DNA of 64,000 nt, taken from Eledone cirrhosa. Its lineage: Eukaryota. The notes beneath the pieces were generated by a model that was not told the origin of the DNA, made no database searches, and saw only the letters and a list, made by a program, of their open reading frames with translations. The stretch is from the NCBI GenBank assembly GCA_964016885.1, contig OZ024743.1, forward strand, positions 274,102,001 to 274,166,000, given 5' to 3'. Position numbers and translations under genes: made by a program. Below are positions 46,101-64,000 of this stretch, piece by piece (positions within the stretch are counted from its first letter, which is position 1; each line of letters opens with the position of its first letter).

Positions 46101-46785
46101 TGTGTGTCGTGTGCTCAACTATATCTTGTAAGTAAACACGCCTTGATTCTTTCGTAGTCCCAAGCAAAAGGATGAACAGTAAACACAAATAAAATAAGGT
46201 TCAGTAAATTATTAATCAATTGTTTTACGCTCGTTTCAAATTGAATAAATATATAACGATTTTATCGATATATAGACTGATCGGTAGGAATTATGCAATT
46301 CCATAATATTAGTCCCATAACCAATATGTCCTCTTGTGTTCTTGAATCCGTAGTGTTTATATCTTTTTCATAGTTTCCTGAACCATTGTTTCTGAGGGTG
46401 AACGGGTGAAAGAATTTATTTTTCGGTGTTAATAATATAGAGTTACATAACTGTTATCAATTATTACATTTATCGGTAAGATCTTTGTTTTGAAGCGTTC
46501 ACTAAACAATGGAATAATTAATTGCTAAACTTTGTCTTATTTGTTTTCATTGTTTATCCTTATATATCTGACTCTGTAATTTTAAATATACAATGACATG
46601 TTCTCTGCAAAAACAAATTTCGCTTTGCTTCTATAGGATGTTCATATCGACATTATATTGAGAACAAATACTGTTTTAATCCCTACATTAATTTAATATA
46701 ATATATATATATTGGACTGGTATTTTTTTTTATCGACCTCGAAAGGGTGAAATGCAAAGTTCACTCCTCTATGGGATTTGAACTC

Positions 46786-46817
<32 letters not shown>

Positions 46818-47146
46818 GTAATCGGATAGAATGCTTTAAGGTATTCATATATATCGTCATTAAGACATCGGATAGAATGCTTTACGGTATTCATCCCATC
46901 TCATTGGGTGGTGTACGTTCAAATCCCGCCGGGGTCAACTTTGCATTTCATCCTTTAGAGGTCGGTAAAAAGTACCAGTCCAGTACTGGGGTCGATTCTT
47001 CCTCTATAGAAAATATCGACCTGGAGAAGGTTGCTTCCAACTGGTTTAAAAGTGCCTAAGACACGCCGTCTGACGGTGCCTCTACGACTCCACAAGAAGT
47101 TATGGGACTTTTATCCTTAAATGCATATATATATATATATATATTA

Positions 47147-47692
47147 TAATAATAATAATAAATGTGAAGACTAAAATCCGAAGAGGGCTCGATAAGGATA
47201 ATATATATATATCAAATATATAAAACCATAGGGCAAATATTTATTAAAATAACATTAAAGTTTAAGCAAAGAATCGCTATTTCACCCTTAACGGGATCTT
47301 CTGAAACTAAAGAATATCAATGTGTGAACGCAGAAGTAAATATTTCGAAAAATGTTGCACCCATAAACGTGGTTTTGTCTCTCCTTCCATATAACGACGT
47401 ATTATCTTCGCTTTTCAGTATCGATAGAGGGTGGGACACCATGCTTTGCAGCAAAAGGTTACGCTCCTTTATGGTCTGAGTTCAAATCCCGCCGAGGTTA
47501 ATTTGCCTTTCATCCTTACGAGTCGATAAAATAAAGTACCAGTAATGCACTGGAATAATTGATGGCCTTGTGCCAATAGTAAAAACAATTATCTACGCTT
47601 TTTTTTCGTTCATTGCCAAGGAACGTCTTCATGAACCAAAGTATCGTCTTCCTGTTTTCCTTCAGTTGCAACTTTAATCTGTTATTTTAATA
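47147..47692. mobile_element. Inverted-arm element containing a SINE (47416-47591)
   Basis: attaaaataac(ag)attaaagtt at about 47243 and its reverse complement at about 47670-47692; relatives at 5374-5477, 52933-53053 and 32965-33000. Confidence 0.55.
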
Positions 47693-47721
47693 TATATATA
47701 TATATATATGTATATATGTAC

Positions 47722-47909
<188 letters not shown>

Positions 47910-47928
47910 GTATATATATATGTATATA

Positions 47929-48022
<94 letters not shown>

Positions 48023-48047
48023 ATAAAGAGAGAGAGAGAGAGAGAGA

Positions 48048-48112
<65 letters not shown>

Positions 48113-48357
48113 AATGAAGCAAAAGGGATATTTAATTTGTTGGTAATTCAACAAATATGTTTATAACTAATTCGAAGCACTGGGCAGGTTTTTAATGATA
48201 TTAAATAAATGGAAACTATATTTATTAAACAAAATTTGTATTTTATCTGATAAGAGCTTACCAAAGTTTTGGTAGCCTCGAAATATATATAATAGAATAA
48301 ATATGGTTTTATACATATAGTTTCCATTTATTTAATATCATTGATATATATATATAT

Positions 48358-52643
<4,286 letters not shown>

Positions 52644-52657
52644 TTTCTTTTCCGTTT

Positions 52658-52695
<38 letters not shown>

Positions 52696-53049
52696 TAATA
52701 GTAATAAACGAAAGATATATATTGTATATCATCTCTATTTATTTCATTATATTTCGAAGATATAAAGTTTTGTGTATAACATAAATCAAGACAAGTCCTC
52801 CTCAGACAAAATATAGAGAAGATGCATAATTTGTTCATGATATGCTGGTAGACAAACGAGCTGGACAGAACGGTGACCCTATATATATAAGGATAAAGAT
52901 CCCATAACCCCCCTATATATATATATGTATATTTATTAAAATAACAGATTAAAGTTTAAGCAAAGAATCGCTGTTTTCACCCTTAACGGGATCTTCTGAA
53001 ACTAAAACTAAAAAAATCAATCATTTTAGTCTTCAACATTTATTATTAT

Positions 53050-53145
<96 letters not shown>

Positions 53146-53303
53146 GAAATAGATTGACATATATATATATAAAATAAACATATGAAACAATCACAGTGGA
53201 TAATTTCTAGTTGATATGAAATGCTCGGATCTATTCATTGGTATCTTTGAGCTTATTCTGCAGTGGGTATGGGGCATGTCTCTTAATTTAATTTTGGATA
53301 TAT

Positions 53304-53334
<31 letters not shown>

Positions 53335-53577
53335 ATATAGATGAGATTCTACTTTTATACTCTGTTATGTATTGAGTACCTTACTTACTATGGTTACCTC
53401 CGATTCAACCCGGAATAACGTACCTATATATATATATATACGTCAATAGTCATCTTTTTCCATTTCTCCGAGGGTTCTTAACCCCACTATCAGGCTAAAT
53501 AATTTCTTTAATTTCTTTAGTCAAAATACGGCGATAGCTAACATTTCTAATAATATATATATAAATATATATATATA

Positions 53578-55505
53578 AAAAAAAATAACGAAACGAAATT
53601 AAATTTCGTTTCGTTTGTAACTCACTTTTGTATGACTGACGCTTAAACAATTAAGTTAAAAATGTACATCCACATATGTATACTGAAATACTAGTATGCA
53701 TATGAATACACACACGTATACATATGTAGATGTACCGAGTTTTTCACTGGTCACTTTACTGTGAGTGTCCAGCTATTCTGTATGTAAACACACAGACAAA
53801 CCGGTTTTTAGAGTCATACTGGTTTTTGAGGAAACACCTTTCCTCTATTCTCCAGACAGCCAGACAAGGAATATTGAACTAGTTTCGATGTTGTTACATC
53901 TCATCAGCAATATTTACCTATCTTCCGGCCTCTCTAGAGAATCGTAAAAGCACATATCGTTATATGCTTTTTCTATGAAAATTAGTAGTGGGCAGACTAA
54001 TTTGCATAGAGCGTGAGTACGTACCGGTTCAACGGAGACGATAAAAACAAATAACGAAACGAAATTAAATTTCGTTTCGTTTGTAACTCACTTTTGTATG
54101 ACTGACGCTTAAACAATTAAGTTAAAAATGTACATCCACATATGTATACTGAAATACTAGTATGCATATGAATACACACACGTATACATATGTAGATGTA
54201 CCGAGTTTTTCACTGGTCACTTTACTGTGAGTGTCCAGCTATTCTGTATGTAAACACACAGACAAACCGGTTTTTAGAGTCATACTGGTTTTTGAGGAAA
54301 CACCTTTCCTCTATTCTCCAGAAAGCCAGACAAGGAATATTGAACTAGTTTCGATGTTGTTACATCTCATCAGCAATATTTACCGATCTTCCGGCCTCTC
54401 TAGAGAATCGTAAAAGCACATATCGTTATATGCTTTTTCTATGAAAATTAGTAGTGGGCAGACTAATTTGCATAGAGCGTGAGTACGTACCGGTTCAACG
54501 GAGACGATAAAAACAAATAACGAAACGAAATTAAATTTCGTTTCGTTTGTAACTCACTTTTGTATGACTGACGCTTAAACAATTAAGTTAAAAATGTACA
54601 TCCACATATGTATACTGAAATACTAGTATGCATATGAATACACACACGTATACATATGTAGATGTACCGAGTTTTTCACTGGTCACTTTACTGTGAGTGT
54701 CCAGCTATTCTGTATGTAAACACACAGACAAACCGGTTTTTAGAGTCGTACTGGTTTTTGAGGAAACACCTTTCCTCTATTCTCCAGAAAACCAGACAAG
54801 GAATATTGAACTAGTTTCGATGTTGTTACATCTCATCAGCAATATTTACCTATCTTCCGGCCTCTCTAGAGAATCGTAAAAGCACATATCGTTATATGCT
54901 GTGTGTTTACATACAGAATAGCTGGACACTCACAGTAAAGTGACCAGTGAAAAACTCGGTACATCTACATATGTATACGTGTGTGTATTCATATGCATAC
55001 TAGTATTTCAGTATACATATGTGGATGTACATTTTTAACTTAATTGTTTAAGCGTCAGTCATACAAAAGTGAGTTACAAACGAAACGAAATTTAATTTCG
55101 TTTCGTTATTTGTTTTTATCGTCTCCGTTGAACCGGTACGTACTCACGCTCTATGCAAATTAGTCTGCCCACTACTAATTTTCATAGAAAAAGGATATAA
55201 CGATATGTGCTTTTACGATTCTCTAGAGAGGCCGGAAGATAGGTAAATATTGCTGATGAGATGTAACAACATCGAAACTAGTTCAATATTCCTTGTCTGG
55301 CTTTCTGGAGAATAGAGGAAAGGTGTTTCCTCAAAAACCAGTACGACTCTAAAAACCGGTTTGTCTGTGTGTTTACATACAGAATAGCTGGACACTCACA
55401 GTAAAGTGACCAGTGAAAAACTCGGTACATCTACATATGTAAACATGTGTGTATTCATATGCATACTAGTATTTCAGTATACATATGTGGATGTACATTT
55501 TTAAC

Positions 55506-55511
<6 letters not shown>
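53578..55511. repeat. 466-bp tandem array (about 2.8 units minus + about 1.3 units plus), retrozyme-like
   Basis: Period 466 (repeated ORFs at 53765, 54231, 54697); flip at about 54899; TA flanks; one hammerhead per unit. Confidence 0.92.
55247..55289 (+). ncRNA. Type I hammerhead ribozyme of the 466-bp unit (also 53871-53913, 54337-54379, 54803-54845 minus)
   Basis: auauug-CUGAUGA-gaugu(aaca)acauc-GAAACUAGUU-caauau: perfect stems I and II, palindromic stem III, GUU site. Confidence 0.88.
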
Positions 55512-55591
<80 letters not shown>

Positions 55592-56175
55592 GAATAGCAG
55601 GTTAGTCTGTAGGCAAGGAAAGGAGTGGTACAAATGAAAACAGATCATGGGAAAGAGAAAGGGAATTTTTCCAACTCTATATTAAGTGATACATGGAGAA
55701 AGGGTGTCAGAGAAAGTGTACTACACACATGCTGCATATGTATAGCATGTAATCAGTTCTAATCGATTTTAATCAATTTTAATGTATCCTAGAAAACTAT
55801 GTTCTCTTACATTATGAACCCCACATCACCCACCACGACAACCACACCCTAACCCTACGCATCAACTATCTGCCAATATCATGTATTGATAACGTTATAA
55901 GAAAACTACACACGAGAACATAATTTGCTTCATTAAACTTAATCACTCCATTTACAATTTTTAACTCAATGAAACCCATGCACTTTCATGTTTGTATTCC
56001 TTTTATTTTCATTTTCTATATATAACTTGAACGAATCAGGAAATGAATGAATATTTCTATGGTTACTGTTATTATTATTACTATTAATATTATTATTATT
56101 GCTGCTGCTGATGATGATGATGATGATTTCTTCTTGGCCATTATGCTCGATTAGTATGATTGTTCTCGTGGGCAT

Positions 56176-56962
56176 AATAATTGTTTCTACTTTTGGCACA
56201 AGGCCAGCAATTATTTCCGTGTATTACTGGTACTTTATTTTATCGACCCTGTAAGGATGAAAGGCAAAGTTAACCTCGGCGGGATTTGAACTCAGATCAT
56301 AAAGGGAGGTAACTCTATGCTTCAAAGCATGGCGTCCGACCCTCTACCGATACTGCCAATACACCGCCCTGGGCATAATAATGATTTCTAGTATAGGCAC
56401 GAGGCCAGCAATTTGGGGGGGAGGGGAAAGTCGATTAAGTCCACCACAGTGTGTGAACTGGTACTTTATTTTATCGACCCCGTAAGGATGAAAGGCAAAC
56501 TTAACCCCGGCGAGATTTGAACTCAGGCCCTAAGGGCCGTGACTCTATGCCTCAAAGCATGGTGTCCGACTCTCTACTGACACTGCCAACCCACCACACT
56601 CTCGAGAGAGCATAATAATTGTTTCTACTTTTGGCACTAGGCCATCAATTACCCAGTGCATTACTGGTACTTTATTTTATCGACCCCGTAAGGATGTAAG
56701 GCAAAGTTAACCGCGGCGGGATATGAACTCAAAATGGCAAGGGCCGTAACTCTATGCGTCAAAGCATGGCGTCCGACCCTCTACCGATACTGCCAATCCA
56801 CCGTGAATCCATAGTAAGCATAATAATAATAATGATAATAATTGTTTCTACTTTTGGCACAAGGCCAGCAATTTTGAGGTGTTGATGAAAGTCGATGAAA
56901 TCGACCTCAGTACGTTATTGGTAGTTTATTTATCAACCTATCAGGATGAAAAGCAAACCTAA
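56176..56962 (-). mobile_element. Cluster of four head-to-tail main-family SINEs
   Basis: Copies at about 56176-56369, 56377-56597, 56613-56803 and partial 56838-56962, separated by cataataat. Confidence 0.85.
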
Positions 56963-56964
56963 TT

Positions 56965-57639
56965 TCAGTGGGGATTTAACTCAGTAAAGACCCTAACTCT
57001 ATGAAGTATGGTGTCAGCCCTCCTTATTAACACGAAGTTGGGTGTGTCTGTCGTTGTTGGTGTCTGCGTGTGTTTTCTTTTGTTCTGGATGACTTGTGCT
57101 TGTGTTGATGACGGTTGTGGGGTTGGTATTGTTGTGAGTATGTCTGCATTTGCTGTGGCTGTGTTTTGTGTGCTTGTTGGTGTGTATGGAGCTCGATTTT
57201 TCTTTTTCGTGTGCTTTCTTTGTTGATTTTCAGCTTTTGGAGGTGTCCCTTCATCTTCACTCAAAGTGGAGAAACTGGTGTCTGGGGACTCTATGTCAGA
57301 GGGGAATGAGAGTGTGCTTACCGGTTTGTGCATTTTGCTCTGTGTCTACGTGTTTGAAATAGGGGGAGTGAGAGACATTGTTTGGGAGACATCCTGGGTG
57401 GATTTAATTGTCCTTGTTGTTAATGGTGCTGTTTCATTTACTGTTGCGGCCCCCTGCAGCTTTCATTCTGGGGCATAAGACTCTCAGGTGTGTGACTTCA
57501 TGACACACGAAACGATGCGGCCGTTTTACCTCCGTGACTACCAGGATTTTGTACCCGACCGTTAGTTTGATGTAGTCCGGTATGATTTTTGTGTCTTCAG
57601 GTCTGCTTTGGAGAAGAATCTCCAAACTAATCCCGGACC

Positions 57640-57703
<64 letters not shown>

Positions 57704-58387
57704 TTGTGAATTTAACGTCGAGCCCTCTACCGCCATGCATCCCAGGAGCCACCATAAATCCAGTCCTGGTGTAATCCTGGGAACACGTACTCTCACTCTT
57801 CTCCTCCCCATATAGGATGGGTTCAAAATGACTTGGTCCGTTTCAGGAGACCACAGAATGCTTTATAGCAAGGGCCTCAGTTTTGAAAAGCACCAGGGTG
57901 CTCCCAAATTGGCTGGCCCTTATTATAAGGTATATGTCATCATGATCAATGAATTTCAGTGCTTACTCTACCTGTCCTTCAGAGGCTTTTCGAGATTTGA
58001 CCAAAATGCATCGATATTTTAGAGTTCTCCTCTCCTTTGCTGCCATTACCTCCTCCGGGACGTTTAAATTAGCCCAGCTTTTCTCTCTTGTAATATTTTT
58101 TTTCCGCTTGGGCTAAACGTTTCTTTTTCTCTGTAAGGTCAAAATCGTACAGCGTTTGGCTTTTTCTCCTGTGGCATTTTGTTGATGCTGTTGTTCATTT
58201 TGTTGTTGCTGTTTTTTGTTGACTATATTGTTGTTGGTGTTGTCATCGTTGTTGTTTTTTTTTGTTGCTGTTGTTGTTCTGTTGACATTATTCTTGGCTT
58301 TGTTGTTGTTCTCGGTGCATTTGTTGCTGTTGCTTTCTTTCCTTCTTTCTGTCTTACTGTTGGTGCTATCGCTATTCATGTTCTTGG

Positions 58388-58390
<3 letters not shown>
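56965..58390 (-). pseudogene. Decayed ORF1 related to the LINE ORF1 at 33435
   Basis: PSYMGRRRVRVRVPRITPG..WL aligns with PSYCGQKIVRVKLTHVPPG..WL; RFVCHEVTHLRVLC is a decayed knuckle; N/Q-rich N-terminus; (GA)n expansion inside. Confidence 0.7.
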
Positions 58391-58478
<88 letters not shown>

Positions 58479-58495
58479 AAGAAGAAGAAGAAGAA

Positions 58496-59741
58496 CGGAA
58501 TTGAATGCAAGGAATAGGATCGATGCCATAAACACGCTTGCCATAATGCAGATATAGATAGAATATATCTCCCTAGGAAAGAAGGAGGACGTGGGTTAGT
58601 CCAGTTAGACATTGCGTTGAAAACTGCAACAATTGGATTATCCACATATCTAAGGGAATCACATGATTGGATGATCAAACTCGTTTTGAAACACGAAAGC
58701 ACCAAAAGATCATATTCCATTACAAAAGATGCACAAAGATACAGTAATGGACTACAAATTTCAGAAGTCCCATTTACTGCTGAAATGGAAAACACAGAAA
58801 AAGCAAAGCAGGTAAAAGTAACTGCAAAGAAAGAACTACTACAGAAACTGGCTAAGAAATGGCAAGAAAAGCCTCTGTATGGAAAATACCCAGAGCGAGC
58901 TAACAATCCTGATGTTGACAAAAGTTTAACCCATCAGTGGTTGGCATCCTCTGGACTGAAATCGGAGACTGAAGGTCTAATTATATCAGCACAAGATCAG
59001 TCTCTGCCAACAAAAAATTACCAAGCCAACATAATAAAAAATGGGTGCAGCCCATTATGCCGTGTATGCAAAAAACAACCAGAGACCATTGACCATATAA
59101 TTTCAATGTGCAGTCCTATAGCTCCAACCGAATACCTAAACAGGCATGACAGAGCTGCACAATACATACGTTGGATAATGTGTAAGCATTTTGACCTGCC
59201 CCATCAAAAGAATTGGTGGAAAAAGATCACATCTCAATCTTGTGGAACTTTAGCATCCAAACAGACCGAAAAATAGATGCAAATAGACCTGATATAATAT
59301 TGAAGGACTTTAAAAAGAGGGTATGCATGCTAATTGATATGTCCGTTCCAATAGACAAGAATGTATCTATAAAAACATTTGAAAAATTGAGCAAGTATAA
59401 GGACCTGGAGATAGAAATTGGAAAAATGTGGAAATTGAGAACTAAATCAATACCAGTGGTTGTAGGAGCTCTGGGAATGATACCTAAGGCATCTAATGAT
59501 TACCTATCGCAAATCCCAGCAAACCCGCGTATAGGAGAAATACAAAAGATAGTACTAATGGGAACTGCCCATATACTAAGGAAGATTCTGTCAATATAAG
59601 TACATCACAAGTCTAAACACTAAAGATGCATGTGTGAGTATGTATGTTCTTTATTGAACATGCCGGACCTTGTTGTCTCTTGAGGTCACTGGTTGTGACT
59701 TGGTGATAACTCATATAAACATAAAGCAAGATAAATGCAAC

Positions 59742-59745
<4 letters not shown>
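58496..59745 (+). mobile_element. R4/Dong-like non-LTR retrotransposon 3' part in (TAA)n
   Basis: RIYLPRKEGGRGL, ETEGLIISAQDQ, CRVC..ETIDHIISMC, RHD, RPDI..IDMSVP, KLSKYKDL (restriction-like endonuclease); frameshift near 59220; (TAA)n both sides. Confidence 0.88.
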
Positions 59746-59781
<36 letters not shown>

Positions 59782-59787
59782 TCAAGA

Positions 59788-60340
59788 GCGAGGGATTGGC
59801 AGTATCGATAGAGCGTCGGACATGGTTTGCGGCATATAGTTACGACCTATTATGTTCTGAGTTTAAATCTCGTCGAAGTTAGCTTTGCCATTCATCCTTA
59901 CGGGTTCGAAAAAATAAAGAACCAGTAACGTACTGGGCTCCATTTAATTGACTTTCCTCTCCCTCACAATTCTAGGCCATGTTCGCCTAAAGTAGAAACT
60001 ATTATTGATACTAATATTATCATCACCTTCTTACTGTTATCTGTATTTGTTTCCTTGTGTTTTACCCTTCCTATTACTTTACTTCGATGTCTTACGTCAA
60101 TTCTTTATCATTATTAATACTGTTAGTGAGTGTAGTATCGGCAAAGCGTCAGACACCATGCATTGCAGAAAAGAGTTGTGGCCCTTTACGTCTTGACTTC
60201 AAATTCCGCCGAGGTTAATTTTGCTTTCCATCCTTACGTGGTCGACAAATAAAGGACCAGTAATGAACTGGGGTCGATTTAATCGACTTTCCCCTCTCCC
60301 CAAATTGCTGACATTGTGCCTGTAGTAGAAACAATTATTA
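59788..60340 (+). mobile_element. Two diverged main-family SINEs
   Basis: About 59788-60005 and 60128-60340 with the shared core and tail. Confidence 0.7.
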
Positions 60341-60693
60341 ATACTAGTACTATTTTCAATCCGTTAATATGATAAATCACGACAGTGATAATAGTATTAA
60401 TAACCACTATGAAATGATTATTCCTTTGGTGAATTTATTGATCAAATTTTTTCATGTCATGATTTCATATTTCATTCTTCTTGCAGCTACTGGGCGGCAT
60501 TTTGTAGAAAACATATTGAACATACGTTTGATTACGCCCTAATGTACCTACAGCTTGAAAGATTAGACTCGGTCTGGGAACCAGGTCAGCTCTCATCTAT
60601 TGAAGTAAGTAGACTCACTCTAATTTCCCAAGCATCCTTCTCTCCCTATAATACATTTCTCATACCGTGTCTCTTTCTCTCTCTTTATCTTTT

Positions 60694-60747
<54 letters not shown>

Positions 60748-61140
60748 AATACACACGTGTGTAAGTGCGTGTCTATAGATGGATATGTATCCCTAAAGAT
60801 ACATGCATAGTTACATACATTTTTCGTTCTTCTTTTGTCTATCACACGTTGTCTATCTTCTTTCTTCAGAAATCTCTGCCTGTCTCTGCTATATGTACAC
60901 CTCTCACTATTTCCCTCCTTCCTTTATATTAAATTTTCATTTCCGCCTGCTCTAGTCTTTCTTTATGAGGCTCTATCTCACAATTTCCATACCTTTATAC
61001 GCATGTATATTTGTCACAATGACCCTATCTGGGCGCGTGCACGCGCACAGATAGCTTCATGTGTGTAGAACAGATATCGATAAAATTGTACCAGGTATTA
61101 TTTTACAGTTAATCACTGGGGTCGACAAATTTGGCTAAAA

Positions 61141-61193
<53 letters not shown>

Positions 61194-61275
61194 AAAATGG
61201 AACGGGAACAGAACAGAGAGGCAGTACGAACAAAGGTTTATTAGTTTCACGTTCTTGAGAGTGTGGGTGGGGGGA

Positions 61276-61309
61276 AACGACGCTTCGAGCGTAAGCCCTT
61301 CTTCAGGCG
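61276..61309 (-). ncRNA. Hammerhead-like motif (GAAG variant) in a TA-flanked insert
   Basis: CUGAAGA-a-gggc(uuac)gcuc-GAAGCGUC; stem I poor. Confidence 0.4.
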
Positions 61310-62144
61310 AAAAGTGTGAGGGAAGAGAGTTCCAAGGGTGTGTTGGGTAGTGGGGGAGAGACATTTAGAAAAAGAAAAAGGGGGGGGGGGGGCGATGGTA
61401 GGGGTACAAATGAAAATAAATATAAAAAAATAATAATAATATATATATATATATAAACACACACATACGTATATATGAAATTAATTCGTTGGTTCAGAGG
61501 AGCAGATACAATATTAACTAGATTTGAATGCCTAGACAAAATATAAAATATCAACTCAGGAAAAATACACATTTACTTGGACCATTATCATTTTCTGTTC
61601 CACCCGATTGTGCTGTTGCTGCACATTCGATGAGTGCTCTAGTTGATACACTCAACGGAAATGCTTGACCGAGAAATTAACGTGCTACTAGCTGAGTATC
61701 ACACAGAAGCGTGCTCTCTTAACGTTTTTCTCGGTGAGATTCAGCGTGAAACAAGGTTGTGCACCTAAACTTTGCAGTCAGAGGAGACATGATCCACGTG
61801 AAAACACAGATAGAGTTATGAACCCTCCTCTCTAAATATATATCTAAAAACTAATAATTTCCCTTCCCCTTTTTATTATTCGTATAAATATGCAACATAA
61901 CTACATTATGCATGCCCGCAATTGAAACCGGTATTATTAAATGCGGACATATCCACTTTATAAATAAATGTTTTGAAATTATACTGAAAGATCTCTTCGA
62001 GATTTTCGACTGGAAAAATCTTTTTCCTCTCTAGTATTTGTTTATATAGGGGCTGCCATAGTTCGGGATGCCGCCAGGACAAGGGAAGAAGCCGGCTCAA
62101 CCCGTCCAGGGTGAATGTCGACACAAGTATAAGTACAAGCAAGA

Positions 62145-62178
<34 letters not shown>

Positions 62179-62644
62179 ACAATAATAGTGAGCAAAATCG
62201 AAGTTGCAGCTGCGACTATCATCTTTCGAATACAATCCTCAAAAGATGACACAACCAATCAATGAGATGATTTCGTTAAATAGATATATTATTAATATGC
62301 ATACGTTAAAGGTGTGACGAATTGAAAATCGCAGCCCGGTAATAAATTCCCACAAAAGCCAACACAACATAAAAACAGGGTAACCTGGACCTGAAAAATA
62401 GATATTATAAAATATCTTCCGTTTGTTTCTAGGAGTCCAGTATCAACACTCTAAGTTGCGCAATATGCAAGTCAGCAATGTATCCTAAGATCTAACGTGT
62501 ATACCCTTTCTCAACAGGCGTTTCATCCTGTATACCAATAGCTCGGCATCATGGCACCGCTGCCAGTGACTGTAGTATCGGCTCTGGCAGCAGGCTCACG
62601 TGTTTTTTCTTAAAAGAAAGAGGGAGATTCACACACACACACAA

Positions 62645-62715
<71 letters not shown>

Positions 62716-62749
62716 CACACATATATATATATATATATATATAAATATA

Positions 62750-62768
62750 TATGTGTGTGTGTGTGTGT

Positions 62769-62807
<39 letters not shown>

Positions 62808-64000
62808 GGTGTATGTAAAAGGTAAACAAAAATAACAACACAATCGGTAGAATATATGGAAGGGATATATTAGGTTAACGCTTGATATAGCAGAAAGAGG
62901 GTCTTAACGTGTCGGACGATAGTCCTTCACCAGAAGAAAGAATGAGAAATAAAATAGATTGAGTGGACGGGCGGGTTGGAATTGAAAAAAAATGTCTTTA
63001 GATAAAAAATAACAGGTCCATCCATGTTGACATCTCTTGAAAAACTGTTGGTGCTAGAGTTTTGTGTATGATTTATTTTTTTAGAAAATGTAAGTACGAA
63101 GCTATGAGCAAAAGTATGTTAATATAAGGGTGTGTATGTGAATGGCAGTGGAGAGAAAAGTGGAGTGAGTGAGCATATATAGTCGGCCTGTATTAGTTGT
63201 AAGAGAAGATGTTAATGAACAAGAGAAAGCGATTGATAGGAATATAGGGGTGTAACAATGGATGGGTTATTAGAGAAATTGGGAGGTGAGTTGAGTCCAA
63301 GAGAGGAATAGGACCCAAGGTGGTGAATCAGACTTTGTTCAGTTCTGGTGCGTGAGGCCTGTGATCCATGATGTAAAAGGACACCCCGGACTGAAACATG
63401 TAGGGAAGAATGACCAGGAGAACAGAAATGACGGGAGACAGGAGTATCCAAACCGAGTCGTATGTCCCTCAAATGCTCGGCAAAACGGTCCGCCATACGG
63501 TGTCCCGTTTGTCCGATATATAAAGACCCACAAAGGGAACATGGGAGGGCATAGACAACGCGGGTGGATGTGCAGGTGAACGAGTGGCGGATACGGAAAG
63601 ACCCGTTAGGGCCTGTAAGAGTGGTGAGGGCGGAAATGAAGGGACAAGTGTTGCAGTGGAAACGGGAACAAGGATGAAAGCCGGATGGAGTCGTGGGAGA
63701 GGACAAGAAGGAACTGCGAGCTAGGAGGTTGCGGGCGTGATTTTAATGGGTGCGTTTGGAAAATAGCGAAGCGAGAAGTGACTGGGTCAGAAGAGAGGAT
63801 ATGGAAGGAACGGAGGATATGTCGCCGGAGTGATAGGCTGACTGGTGGGGCGGTAGGTGAGAGAGGAAAGGAACGCAGGTGTTGGGAGGGCGGGGTGAGG
63901 TGAGAGGGCTGTGGTGCGGTCTATTTCACGGGCGCTGGTGAGAGCAGCTTGGATCAGGGCGGGGGGATATCCAGGCTGGATGAAGCATATCTATACATAT
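62750..64000 (-). mobile_element. PLE 3' portion (GIY-YIG at 63212-63706 and pLTR with mutated hammerhead at 62902-62937), runs off the window
   Basis: PCSRFHCNTC linker, FTC.S..VVY..C..C..LYIGQTG..RF.EH; hammerhead core mutated to CUGGUGA/GACAC. Confidence 0.85.

Noticed and set aside
47270-47310. CAGAAGA-uccc/ggg-u-GAAA hammerhead-like motif (also about 52965-53000)
   Set aside because: U4 replaced and no stem I; not called as a ribozyme
53765-53947. Repeated 60-aa ORF in the 466-bp unit
   Set aside because: GTG start, antisense to the hammerhead, no motif; conserved only because the units are near-identical

Overview
This is AT-rich, microsatellite-saturated animal DNA, and its repeat content looks like a cephalopod (Octopus-type) genome (inference). 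No host exon or gene is recognisable, and most ORFs in the track are (TA)n, (CA)n or (GA)n artefacts. The real coding content is all retroelement: one apparently intact L1/Tx1-type LINE (33.2-39.3 kb), several Penelope-like elements (PLEs; RT + GIY-YIG) from at least three families, and fragments of R4/Dong-, CRE- and RTE-type LINEs. There is also a non-autonomous Helitron and many tRNA-derived SINEs. The main unexplained structure is a set of more than 15 inserts sitting in (TA)n tracts that share one architecture: two inverted arms with 3' ends pointing outward, one arm running about 30-85 nt further than the other. This set includes coding PLEs, ORF-less palindromes, two tandem arrays (312 bp and 466 bp units) with a minimal type I hammerhead ribozyme in each complete unit, and a tRNA-headed element. 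Together they suggest a PLE-driven, TA-targeting system of ribozyme and Pol III RNA parasites. All coordinates and base-pairings were read by eye; boundaries may be off by a few nt.
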